NCBI GenBank assembly: GCA_040771865.1
Contig: JAXGZF010000008.1
Location: 20,722 to 84,721 of the forward strand
From: Desulfobacterales bacterium
GTDB lineage: Bacteria > Desulfobacterota > Desulfobacteria > Desulfobacterales > UBA2245
DNA: 64,000 bases
Direction of reading: 5' to 3'
Shown in pieces: positions 53,117-61,153 of this stretch (its first letter is position 1; each line of letters starts with the position of its first letter). The notes under the pieces are model-generated. The model was not told where the DNA came from and ran no database searches. It was given only the letters and a program-made list of their open reading frames with translations. Position numbers and translations under genes: made by a program.

Positions 53117-54402
53117 GGAAGCAGGCTTTCAAAAGCAGGCAGGTTGCCCTGCGAATCCAGGGTCATGGGCGCCCACTCGGTGAGTCTTGTCAGATCCGGC
53201 CGGGAATCGATTTCGGATTCAAACGCCCTGGAAACCTGAAAAATTTCAAGCTTCGAGGTGTCACGAATGCGAACCGTGCGGGCCGTGTCCAGACAGTCCA
53301 GTCCGAGACCTGCCGCGGCCGCCTGCAGACACTCCCGGTCCGTGTCGAAATACATGGGGACGGCGGCTTTCTCCAGGGAGATCGCTGTCAGGGCGTTGAT
53401 GTAGGTTTTTTCCCGGTCCATGCGTTCCACCAGACGCCGGGTGGTGATGTCGGCCAGACCGATCCCGCTGGCATTGCCGTCAGAGCCGGGCGAAAGGTCC
53501 CGGACAAATATGCGCCGCACATGGGGGTGCGCGAAGAAATCCCCGACAATGTCCCGGTGTCTTCCGGTCACGTTGGAATCCATGCCGATGCCGCTGATGT
53601 CCTTGCCGATGAAATCCACGATCAGCAGGTCGATTCCGTCCACGGGGATTCCGGGCATCAGACGGTAGGCTTCCTTGAGAAGCGCTTTTTCGCGTTCGAT
53701 CATCCGGCCGGGAAGGACCGCCTCCACATGGGCCGGTTGGCCGAATCCGTCCTCGACCACGGCCAGGCCGAAGAGAATGTTCTGATGCGACAGAATCCAG
53801 GCGGCGGCCTTCTCGAGAATGCCGAATCCATGACGAACCGCGCAGCGATGAAAAATCCGGGCGCCCCGGTCTTTTCCCAGACCGATGGTCAGCATCTTGC
53901 AGAGGCCGCTTTCGATGTCGGCGTTGAATTTGGTATGGGGTTTGATTCGATTGACGATTACGATGTGATCCGCATTCAGGGCAGCCTGATCAAGGCATAT
54001 TTCCATTTGGTCCAGCTCGCCGACGCGGCGAACCGTCATGTCCGATACGATGGGCGCCTGCATGGCGGCTTCCGTAATGCCCAGGCGCTTGAGCACGGAA
54101 AGCTGTCCCTTGGCCGATGCGCCCCCGTGGCTTCCCATGGCGGGCACGATAAATGGTCTGAGTCCCAGGGATTTCAGGTGATGAATGCAGTGAAGAACGA
54201 TGCAGTTCAGTTGACGGATGCCCCGGCTTCCGACGGCTACGGCCACAGTCTGCCCGGGGCGGACGCCGGAAGGGCGGACATGCGCCAGAATCTCCTTCAG
54301 GCGCAGGGGAAGGTCTTTAATAGCGGCGGCATGAATCTTCTGCCGGACATATGCCATCTGCGGCGGTCGAAAGGAGCCGAGAGCGTTCCAAATGGATCCC
54401 AT
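53113..54402 (-). CDS. Conserved protein of unknown function (possibly LarA-N/DUF2088-like; family assignment from memory only)
   Basis: A 429-aa ORF with an ATG start and protein-like composition. Conserved-looking segments are FIVPAMGSHGGASAKGQ and VNRIKPHTKFNADIESGLCKMLTIGLGK. It is translationally coupled to ogt. Confidence 0.7.
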   Translation of the reverse strand: MGSIWNALGSFRPPQMAYVRQKIHAAAIKDLPLRLKEILAHVRPSGVRPGQTVAVAVGSRGIRQLNCIVLHCIHHLKSLGLRPFIVPAMGSHGGASAKGQLSVLKRLGITEAAMQAPIVSDMTVRRVGELDQMEICLDQAALNADHIVIVNRIKPHTKFNADIESGLCKMLTIGLGKDRGARIFHRCAVRHGFGILEKAAAWILSHQNILFGLAVVEDGFGQPAHVEAVLPGRMIEREKALLKEAYRLMPGIPVDGIDLLIVDFIGKDISGIGMDSNVTGRHRDIVGDFFAHPHVRRIFVRDLSPGSDGNASGIGLADITTRRLVERMDREKTYINALTAISLEKAAVPMYFDTDRECLQAAAAGLGLDCLDTARTVRIRDTSKLEIFQVSRAFESEIDSRPDLTRLTEWAPMTLDSQGNLPAFESLLP

Positions 54403-54488
54403 GGGCGGGTGTCGTTAAATCACGGCAGGAGGGAGGAAAAAAGTTCCCCCGGCCGGGTGAGGACCGGGGGAACGGGCAATACGGATCA

Positions 54489-54677
54489 TTAGACTTCTTC
54501 GACTGTGATCGCGTCCACTTCGCAAACTTCCACGCAGCTTTCGCAGCCCAGGCATTCTTCCGCATTCACGACGACGGATTTTCCGTCCCGAAGCTCGAAC
54601 ACTTCAACCGGGCATACATCGACGCACTCTTCGCAGCCCACGCATTTTTCTTCATCAACAACCGGATTAAAAGCCAT
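54489..54677 (-). CDS. 2x[4Fe-4S] ferredoxin
   Basis: A 62-aa protein with CVGCEECVDVCP and CLGCESCVEVCE, i.e. two CxxCxxCxxxC(P/E) cluster motifs. A strong SD (AAAGGAGA) lies upstream of the ATG. Confidence 0.88.
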   Translation of the reverse strand: MAFNPVVDEEKCVGCEECVDVCPVEVFELRDGKSVVVNAEECLGCESCVEVCEVDAITVEEV

Positions 54678-54747
54678 TTGAAAGTCTCCTTTCTGATTAA
54701 AATATTAAACTTCACTGGAAAAGCATCATTTAAGGCATCAAAAAAAC

Positions 54748-54776
54748 CCAATATCCTAATTGCCGCGCTCAGTCAA
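54748..54776 (-). promoter_or_regulatory. Candidate sigma70-type promoter for the ferredoxin gene
   Basis: The minus strand has TTGACT (54771-54776), a 17-nt spacer and TATTGG (54748-54753), ~70 nt upstream of the ATG in an AT-rich spacer. The -10 box is weak. Confidence 0.3.
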
Positions 54777-54864
54777 GCCTTCTTGTGTTTTTTTTAAATG
54801 AAAAAATTGTTGCAATATTAAGTAGTTATATAATTCATACGAAATTTGCAGCCGATTTTCCGAT

Positions 54865-55824
54865 TCAGGCCCACTGCACGCAGGCCATCAGCGTATGGAA
54901 ATGCATCGGCGGCGCGCCTGTTTCCCGGAACTCATCAGGGTTGTCAAAAAACCGGGCCAGAATATCCATGGCGGTGGTATTCGGCGCCAGATACAGTTCA
55001 AGGGAGATGCCGCCGGTTGAATCGGTTCCGGGACCTGAGAGTTCCTCGCCGGAAAAATCTTTTTCGGACGCCAGCTTTTCGAGGTCTTTCAGAAAAGCTT
55101 CGCGCGACGCCAGAGGACCGGAATCCGCGGTGATGCCTTTTTGCATGAGCAGCCGGCGCGGCTGTGGAATCTGATCCAGTACCGCCTCAAAAACCGCGGG
55201 GCTGTCGGTGACCAGAAGTCCGGGAATTTCCTTGGACCCGGCCATGATTCGGGCCCAGGCGCGAAGACGTTCAAGGGTCATATGGCTTCCGAGGTCCTGA
55301 AGCGGAACGTATCTTTCCACCGAGAATTCGGGCTCTTCCGGACCCTTCATGTGCCTTTGCAGCGCCATTTCGATGGATTGAATGGCTTTCAGGTCCTGAT
55401 CGACCTCCTGGTTCTGAAGGTCCCAGAGCTGGGCGATCAGAAGAAAAAGGCGGCTGTCGAAAAGCGGATCCGTCTCCAACCCGGCCGGTTTTTCATCGGT
55501 CCGGGTTCGAATGTCCCGAAGAATCTGGGTCCGGGAGGATTCGCTGAAAAAGGGGACGGTCTGTCGCTGGGTCTTGAAGAAACGCGCATCCGCCCCCCGG
55601 TGCGCTTCCGACCACTGGCGGAATTCGTGCAGCACGCGGTCCAGGTTGCCCTCATCTCCGGCAATGGGCACGCGGATATCGATGCGGCCATTTTCGGCCC
55701 ATTTTGCAAGAAATTCCGGAATGCGTCCCCAGGCCTGGTAGATGACCGGCGGACCGAAGCATGCGGCCACCGCGGTCAGGGCGGATTCGGCGATCGTGGT
55801 AAATGGAAAGTAAACTGGTTTCAT
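54865..55824 (-). CDS. Hypothetical protein (319 aa), no recognisable motif
   Basis: An ATG start with a GAGGG SD, located 22 nt downstream of the stop of the preceding CysK/CysRS-like gene. The composition is ordinary for a globular protein. Confidence 0.65.
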   Translation of the reverse strand: MKPVYFPFTTIAESALTAVAACFGPPVIYQAWGRIPEFLAKWAENGRIDIRVPIAGDEGNLDRVLHEFRQWSEAHRGADARFFKTQRQTVPFFSESSRTQILRDIRTRTDEKPAGLETDPLFDSRLFLLIAQLWDLQNQEVDQDLKAIQSIEMALQRHMKGPEEPEFSVERYVPLQDLGSHMTLERLRAWARIMAGSKEIPGLLVTDSPAVFEAVLDQIPQPRRLLMQKGITADSGPLASREAFLKDLEKLASEKDFSGEELSGPGTDSTGGISLELYLAPNTTAMDILARFFDNPDEFRETGAPPMHFHTLMACVQWA

Positions 55825-55846
55825 GGTCCCTCTGCAGGCACTGCGG

Positions 55847-58120
55847 TTATTGGGCCTTGTCGTCCTGAAGACGCACGCCCAGAGCGATCAGCTGATTCCT
55901 GATCTCGTCGGCCAGCTTCCAGTTCCTGTTCCGGCGGGCCTCTTCCCTCTGCCGGATCAGATGTTCATAGCCGGGGTCCGGGGAAGGAGTTTCGAAGCTG
56001 AAAATTTCGAGCGCCGCATTGATCCCCTTGAATGCTTCAAGGATCTTCCGAGCGTCCGCGTCGCCGATCTGCCTTTTGAACAGAAGCTTGTTGACGGTTT
56101 TGACGACCTTGAAAATCGAGGCCATGGCCGCCGAAATATTCAGATCGTCGTCCATGGCGGCGACAAAGCCGTTTTTGATGTCATAGAGGAGCTGATCGAT
56201 TTCCGGGTAGGAAATGCCTTCCGGCGTCTGGCTCAGGGCCTGAATGCAGTTGTTCACCCGTTTGAGGGCGCTTCCGGCGTGGTTCAGACTTTCCAGTGAA
56301 AAGACCAGGGGCTTTCGGTAATGGGTGGACAGCAGCCAGTACCGAATGTCTCTTCGCGAGTATCCTTTACTTTCCAGGGTTTCAAGGGTCAGGTCGCCGC
56401 TCGTCAGTTTCTTGCCGTCCGCCAGCACCCGGTCGCTGTGAATCCAGAACCGGGCCGGGGCCTTGCCGGTGACGGCCCGGCAGATGGCCGAGACGTTTTC
56501 ATGGTGGGGAAATATCAGTTCCCGGGCGCTGGTCTGAATGTCAAAGCACTCCCCGAGATACTTCATGGAAATCGCCGCACACTGGGTATGCCAGGAGGGC
56601 CGGACGTTTCCCCATTCGGTTCTAGCGTAAATGCCGCGTTTGAGCTCGGAAAGCCGGGAGCGTTTAAGGAGCGTGAAATCCCTTGGGTTGTCCTTTTCAT
56701 AGTCATCCAGGTCTACTGTGGCGCCGATTCGAATCTTGTTGATGTCGATGCCGGACAGCCTTCCATAATCGGCCAGACGGGAGATGTCGCAATAGATGGA
56801 CCGGAGCTTTTCGTAGGCAAAGCCCTTTTGGACGAGTTTTTTCGTGAGGGCGGTCATCTCCTCGATGTGTTCGCTGGCCCGGGGATAGACATCGGCGGGC
56901 TTGATGCCGAGAAATTCCAGATCCTTGAAGATTGCCTCCAAATGCTTTCGGGTGAATTCGCCCAAGGGTATGCCGGCCTGTTCCGAACCTTGAATGGTCT
57001 TGTCGTCCAGATCCGTGATGTTCATCACGTGTTTGACCGAAAAACCCCTGTATTCAAGATACCTTTTTAAAAGGTCCGAAAACACGAAGCGGCGGCATTC
57101 ATCCAGGCCCATGCGGGCGTGGGCCGTCGGCCCGCAGGTGTACATGGAAACCTTTCCCGGAACCGACGGCTCGAAAGGCTCCTTGGTCCGGGTCAGAGTG
57201 TTGAACAGTTTCAGGGGGGCCTGGTCCCGGACGGTGAAAAGCGGGGTGGAGAGGTACCTTTCCCCGCTGTCCGGAAATATCACGACCATCACGCCGGATT
57301 CCATCTCCTGGGCCTGCCGGGCCGCAACGGCCATGGCGGCGCCGCTGCTCATGCCGACGAAAAGGCCTTCTTCCCTGGCAAGCTTACGGGCCATTTCAAA
57401 GGCGTCTTCATCGTCGATATTGACTTTGAGGTCCAGCCGTTTTTTGTCGTAGATTTCCGGGCAATAGGCTTCCTTCATGTTCTTGAGGCCCTGAATCTTG
57501 TGCCCGAGGTAGGGTTCCACACCGATGATGCGGATGGCGGGATTGTATTCCTTCAGGCGCCGGGACAGACCCATCAGGGTGCCGGCGGTTCCCAGCGTGG
57601 CCACCAGGGCGGTGATCGACCCGCCGGTCTGCTCCCAGATTTCCACGGCCGTTCCCTCGTAATGGGCCTTCCAGTTGGCCTCGTTGTTGTACTGATCCGC
57701 CATGAAATAGGCATCCGGATTTTCCCGCACCAGCCGGTAAACCTCCTCGATGGCCCCGTCGGTTCCAAGGTGGCCCGGCGTCAGAAGAATCTGGGCGCCT
57801 CTGGCCTTGAGAATTTTCCGGCGTTCCTCGCTGGCCGCATCCGACATGGCCAGAAGCAGTTTATATCCCTTGATCGTGCAGACCATGGCCAGACCGATGC
57901 CTGTATTGCCGCTGGTGGCTTCGATCACCGTCTTGTCCGGGGTGAGGGCGCCGGATCTCTCGCCGGCCTCGATCATGTACAGGGCCGCCCGGTCCTTGAT
58001 GGAGCCTCCGGGATTCATGTATTCGATCTTGGCCAGAATCCTGACCTTCGGATTGGGGTTGAGCTTTCGAATCTCAACCAGCGGGGTATTGCCGATGGCA
58101 TCCAGCAGAGAATAACTCAT
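55847..58120 (-). CDS. Fusion protein: cysteine synthase (CysK/CysM-type PLP enzyme) fused to a cysteinyl-tRNA-synthetase-like domain with degenerate HIGH and KMSKS motifs
   Basis: The true start is MSYSLLDAIGNTPLVEI... (ATG at 58118-58120), 4 nt after the tmk stop. The 963-aa track ORF is a spurious upstream extension that overlaps tmk. The CysK half carries GGSIKDRAA (PLP lysine), TSGNTG, GTAGTLMG and SSGAA. The CysRS-like half begins LKLFNTLTRTKEPF...MYTCGPT and continues with NITDLDDK, FPHHEN and MDDDLN. HIGH is replaced by GLDE (57098-57109) and KMSKS by KKLTS (56399-56413). Confidence 0.85.
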   Translation of the reverse strand: MSYSLLDAIGNTPLVEIRKLNPNPKVRILAKIEYMNPGGSIKDRAALYMIEAGERSGALTPDKTVIEATSGNTGIGLAMVCTIKGYKLLLAMSDAASEERRKILKARGAQILLTPGHLGTDGAIEEVYRLVRENPDAYFMADQYNNEANWKAHYEGTAVEIWEQTGGSITALVATLGTAGTLMGLSRRLKEYNPAIRIIGVEPYLGHKIQGLKNMKEAYCPEIYDKKRLDLKVNIDDEDAFEMARKLAREEGLFVGMSSGAAMAVAARQAQEMESGVMVVIFPDSGERYLSTPLFTVRDQAPLKLFNTLTRTKEPFEPSVPGKVSMYTCGPTAHARMGLDECRRFVFSDLLKRYLEYRGFSVKHVMNITDLDDKTIQGSEQAGIPLGEFTRKHLEAIFKDLEFLGIKPADVYPRASEHIEEMTALTKKLVQKGFAYEKLRSIYCDISRLADYGRLSGIDINKIRIGATVDLDDYEKDNPRDFTLLKRSRLSELKRGIYARTEWGNVRPSWHTQCAAISMKYLGECFDIQTSARELIFPHHENVSAICRAVTGKAPARFWIHSDRVLADGKKLTSGDLTLETLESKGYSRRDIRYWLLSTHYRKPLVFSLESLNHAGSALKRVNNCIQALSQTPEGISYPEIDQLLYDIKNGFVAAMDDDLNISAAMASIFKVVKTVNKLLFKRQIGDADARKILEAFKGINAALEIFSFETPSPDPGYEHLIRQREEARRNRNWKLADEIRNQLIALGVRLQDDKAQ

Positions 58121-58124
58121 GATA

Positions 58125-58787
58125 TTATTCAACCTGTTGCTTTGTCTGGATTGAGGATTGAATGAAAACCGACAGAACTTCCAGAATCTGTTCCCGAACC
58201 TGGTTTGAAGTCCGGGTCGCATCAATGACTCGAAACCGCCGGGAATTCCGCCGGGCGAGCTCCAGATAGCCGGTTCTGACCTTTTCATGAAAGGACAGAG
58301 CTTCCTCTTCAAAACGGGATTCGGCCTGATTCCTAGAACCGTCGGCGATCTGGCCGATGGCGCGGTTGAGGCCGGTACGGGCCGGAAGATCCAGCAGCAG
58401 GGTAAGGTCCGGTTGAAGGTCGTCGAAAACCAGTTGATGGAGCCTGCCGGCAAACTCCGGCCCCAGGCCCCGGACCGCTCCCTGATAGACGAGCGTGGCG
58501 TCCAGATACCGGTCGCAGACAACGGTGCGGCCTTCGGCGAGACTTGGCAGAATGACCGTATGAATGTGCTGGGCCCGGTCGGCCATGTACAGCAACAGTT
58601 CGGCCTTCGGATGAAGGCCCCTGCATGCCGGATCGAGCAGGATGGACCGTATTCTGGCCCCGATCGCGGTGCCGCCGGGTTCGCGGGTGGCGATGCACCG
58701 GCACCCCTTTCCTTCCAGAAATTCGACGATATGACCAATCTGGGTGGTTTTGCCCGAGCCTTCGATGCCTTCCAGGGTGATAAACAT
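58125..58787 (-). CDS. tmk: Thymidylate kinase (dTMP kinase)
   Basis: MFITLEGIEGSGKTTQ contains the P-loop, and REPGGT and DRY motifs are also present. The protein is 220 aa. Confidence 0.9.
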   Translation of the reverse strand: MFITLEGIEGSGKTTQIGHIVEFLEGKGCRCIATREPGGTAIGARIRSILLDPACRGLHPKAELLLYMADRAQHIHTVILPSLAEGRTVVCDRYLDATLVYQGAVRGLGPEFAGRLHQLVFDDLQPDLTLLLDLPARTGLNRAIGQIADGSRNQAESRFEEEALSFHEKVRTGYLELARRNSRRFRVIDATRTSNQVREQILEVLSVFIQSSIQTKQQVE

Positions 58788-58791
58788 CGGA

Positions 58792-59748
58792 TCAGTCGCC
58801 TTTCCCCCTGCCCGTGTAAAAATAACGGCCGAAAGCCGAATGATAAGAGGTCCAGACGTCGTTAGGGCTTTCGGCGTCCATGAATTCCCGGATGCCGTTG
58901 ACCTTGGCGTCGATGTCGTCGATAAAATTGAGCAGAACCGCCTCGATGGTTTTGGGGGGTTCCGGCGAGCCGAAATCGCGGGTGCCGTGATGGCTGATCA
59001 TCATGTGATCGAGGAGCAGGGCGGTTTCCTCGGGGAAATCTTCGATCCGGCTTATTTTTTCATCCATCATCTGAACGCCGATGACGATGTGGCTGAGCAA
59101 CCTGCCCGCATCGGAGTATTCGATGGCGGATTTGTATTCAAACTCCCGAATCTTTCCGATATCGTGAAGAATGGCAGCGGTGACAAGCAGGTCCCGGTCG
59201 ATGCCGCTGTAGTGGCTCGCTGTTTTCTCGGCCAGAAGCGCCGTGGACAGCGAATGTTCCAGAAGGCCGCCCAGGTAGGCGTGGTGCATGCGCTTGGCTG
59301 CCGGGGCTTTTTTGAAATTTTCCACGAAATCGGCGTCCTGCCAGAACGCCTCCAAAAGCTTGCGAAGGCAGTCGGTTTTTACCGTTTCGGTGATCTTGAG
59401 CAACCGGTCGAACATCGCGTCGACATTTCGGGCCGTGACGGGCATGAAATCCGACGAATCAAATTTTCCGGGTTCACATGCGGACATGTGCTTGATCACG
59501 AGCTGGACGTTCTGACGGTATTCGCTTGCGCCGGCCTTCACATGCACGTAGTCTCCGGCAGCGGCTTTTGATGAGATCTCATCCACGCGGTCCCAGACGA
59601 CTCCGCGTATGCTGCCGGTCTTGTCCGAAAGCGTCACGTTCAGATACGGACTGCCGTCTTTTTTCTGGGCTAGGCTTTTTTCCGAGAGAACAAACACGTC
59701 ATCGACGCTGTCTCCGGCCTTGAGTTGACCGATATACTGGTTTTTCAA
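58792..59748 (-). CDS. YhaM-like 3'-5' exoribonuclease (OB-fold plus HD domain)
   Basis: A 318-aa protein with an N-terminal OB-like segment (GSPYLNVTLSDKTGSIRGVVW) and HD-domain motifs HHAYLGGLLEHSL and ILHDIGK. The start is TTG at 59746-59748, with AAGGAG 5 nt upstream. Confidence 0.75.
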   Translation of the reverse strand: MKNQYIGQLKAGDSVDDVFVLSEKSLAQKKDGSPYLNVTLSDKTGSIRGVVWDRVDEISSKAAAGDYVHVKAGASEYRQNVQLVIKHMSACEPGKFDSSDFMPVTARNVDAMFDRLLKITETVKTDCLRKLLEAFWQDADFVENFKKAPAAKRMHHAYLGGLLEHSLSTALLAEKTASHYSGIDRDLLVTAAILHDIGKIREFEYKSAIEYSDAGRLLSHIVIGVQMMDEKISRIEDFPEETALLLDHMMISHHGTRDFGSPEPPKTIEAVLLNFIDDIDAKVNGIREFMDAESPNDVWTSYHSAFGRYFYTGRGKGD

Positions 59749-59779
59749 AGGGTCTCCTTGCGCTTCGTGCGCCGGGTCT

Positions 59780-60553
59780 TCAAACGCCTTCGGGTCCGTT
59801 GAGACGGATTTTCCAGGATTTCAGGCTTTCCATGAAATCGTAATCCGTCATATCGCATTTGACCGGGGTAATGGAAATATAATTTTCACAAAGCACGGAG
59901 GAATCGGCGTCCGGGTCTTCACGGCTCTGCTGGGACTGGCAGCTTTGCCAGTAGTAAACGCGATTCCGCGGATCGGTGCGTTTGTCGAAATATTCGGAAA
60001 AAAGCTTGATCCCCTGGCGGCTGATTCGAATACCCCGCGTCTGATCCAGCGCCATGTTGGGAATATTCACATTTAAAAAGGTGCCGAACGGCAGCTTGTT
60101 TTCCATGACTTTTTCCGCCAGATTTCGAATGAAGGCGGCCGCCTCGTTGAAATGCCGGGAGGAGTTTCCGTAAAGAGATACGGCTATGGCGGGGACGCCG
60201 TACAGGGCTGCTTCCTTGGCGGCGGATACGGTTCCTGAATAGTTCAGGTTCACGCCCACGTTGGCGCCGGAATTGATGCCCGCGACGACCAGGTCCGGCT
60301 TGAATTTGAGAATTTCCATGACGGCCAGCTTGATGCAGTCCGCCGGCGTGCCGTTGACCGCATAGCCGGAATACCCGTTGACCTGTACCCGGTTGGACCG
60401 CAGGGGCTTGTGCAGGGTGATGCCGTGACTCACCGCGCTTCGTTCCCGGTCCGGCGCCACCACGACCACCGAATGCGATTTCTCAAATTGCCTGTATAGC
60501 GCCCAGAGGCCTTCGGCATGAATGCCGTCGTCATTGGTCAGCAGAATATTCAT
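59780..60553 (-). CDS. surE: 5'/3'-nucleotidase SurE
   Basis: MNILLTNDDGIHAEGL..., GINSGANVG and YSGTV are canonical SurE motifs. I prefer the ATG at 60551-60553 over the track's TTG start at 60565, which is 4 codons upstream. Confidence 0.9.
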   Translation of the reverse strand: MNILLTNDDGIHAEGLWALYRQFEKSHSVVVVAPDRERSAVSHGITLHKPLRSNRVQVNGYSGYAVNGTPADCIKLAVMEILKFKPDLVVAGINSGANVGVNLNYSGTVSAAKEAALYGVPAIAVSLYGNSSRHFNEAAAFIRNLAEKVMENKLPFGTFLNVNIPNMALDQTRGIRISRQGIKLFSEYFDKRTDPRNRVYYWQSCQSQQSREDPDADSSVLCENYISITPVKCDMTDYDFMESLKSWKIRLNGPEGV

Positions 60554-60780
60554 CGAATCATCCAAAAGCCCGCGCCGGCAACCGGTGCGGTAGGTTTTCC
60601 AAGTTTTCGAAATGAATCATGCAGACATTTATACCCCAACTTTCGTTTGCGTCAATTGGTAATTGGATAAAAATCGCCGAAATCCGGTTGCCCGAGGACT
60701 CGATATGGTTTAAACAGAGCTCTGTTCTCTTTTCATACACCGGCTGATTCAGAAGCCAACTGAAAGTTCCGGAAAAAAAT

Positions 60781-61140
60781 ATGATGTCAAGTAAACATAG
60801 CGAAGTCAAACCCTACGTCACCAGGGACGGCTCCCTCATTCGCGAGCTTGTGCATCCCGCTGTTCATGGAAACATCCGCCTGAGTCTGGCCGAGGCCGTT
60901 GTTCCGGCAGGCGGAAGAACCCTTCTGCACCGGCACCGGATCAGCGAGGAGATTTATCACATTACGCGGGGAAACGGTCTCATGACCCTGGGGGAAGAAA
61001 CCTTTCCGGTCGAAGCCGGTGATTCGGTCTGCATTCCGCCGAATACAGCCCACTGTATCGAAAACAGCGGGAATGAACCGCTGAAAATTCTCTGCTGCTG
61101 CGCGCCGGCTTATGATCACGAGGATACCGAAATGCTTTAA
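60781..61140 (+). CDS. Cupin domain protein
   Basis: A 119-aa protein with GGRTLLHRHRISEEIYHITRGNG...GDSVCIPPNTAHCIEN, the two cupin motifs G-x5-H-x-H-x3-E and G-x5-P-x-G-x2-H-x3-N in loose form. Confidence 0.8.
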   Translation: MMSSKHSEVKPYVTRDGSLIRELVHPAVHGNIRLSLAEAVVPAGGRTLLHRHRISEEIYHITRGNGLMTLGEETFPVEAGDSVCIPPNTAHCIENSGNEPLKILCCCAPAYDHEDTEML

Positions 61141-61153
61141 CCGGCCCGGAATA

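Noticed and set aside
52609-54492. A 627-aa plus-strand ORF spanning the ogt / conserved-protein region
   Set aside because: It is antisense to two genes with clear motifs (PCHRV in Ogt). The translation is Arg/Gly/Pro-rich and looks non-protein-like.
58121-58738. The N-terminal 206-codon extension of the 963-aa track ORF (55847..58738)
   Set aside because: The extension overlaps the tmk coding sequence in another frame and is Pro/Arg/Ser-rich with no homology signal. The CysK homology begins exactly at the internal Met (MSYSLLDAIGNTPLVEI), 4 nt after the tmk stop.
60558-60809. An 83-aa minus-strand ORF in the surE/cupin divergent spacer, and the 189-aa minus ORF 60787..61356 antisense to the cupin gene
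   Set aside because: They have no motifs and overlap better-supported genes. The cupin ORF shows the characteristic His/Glu cupin motifs on the plus strand.
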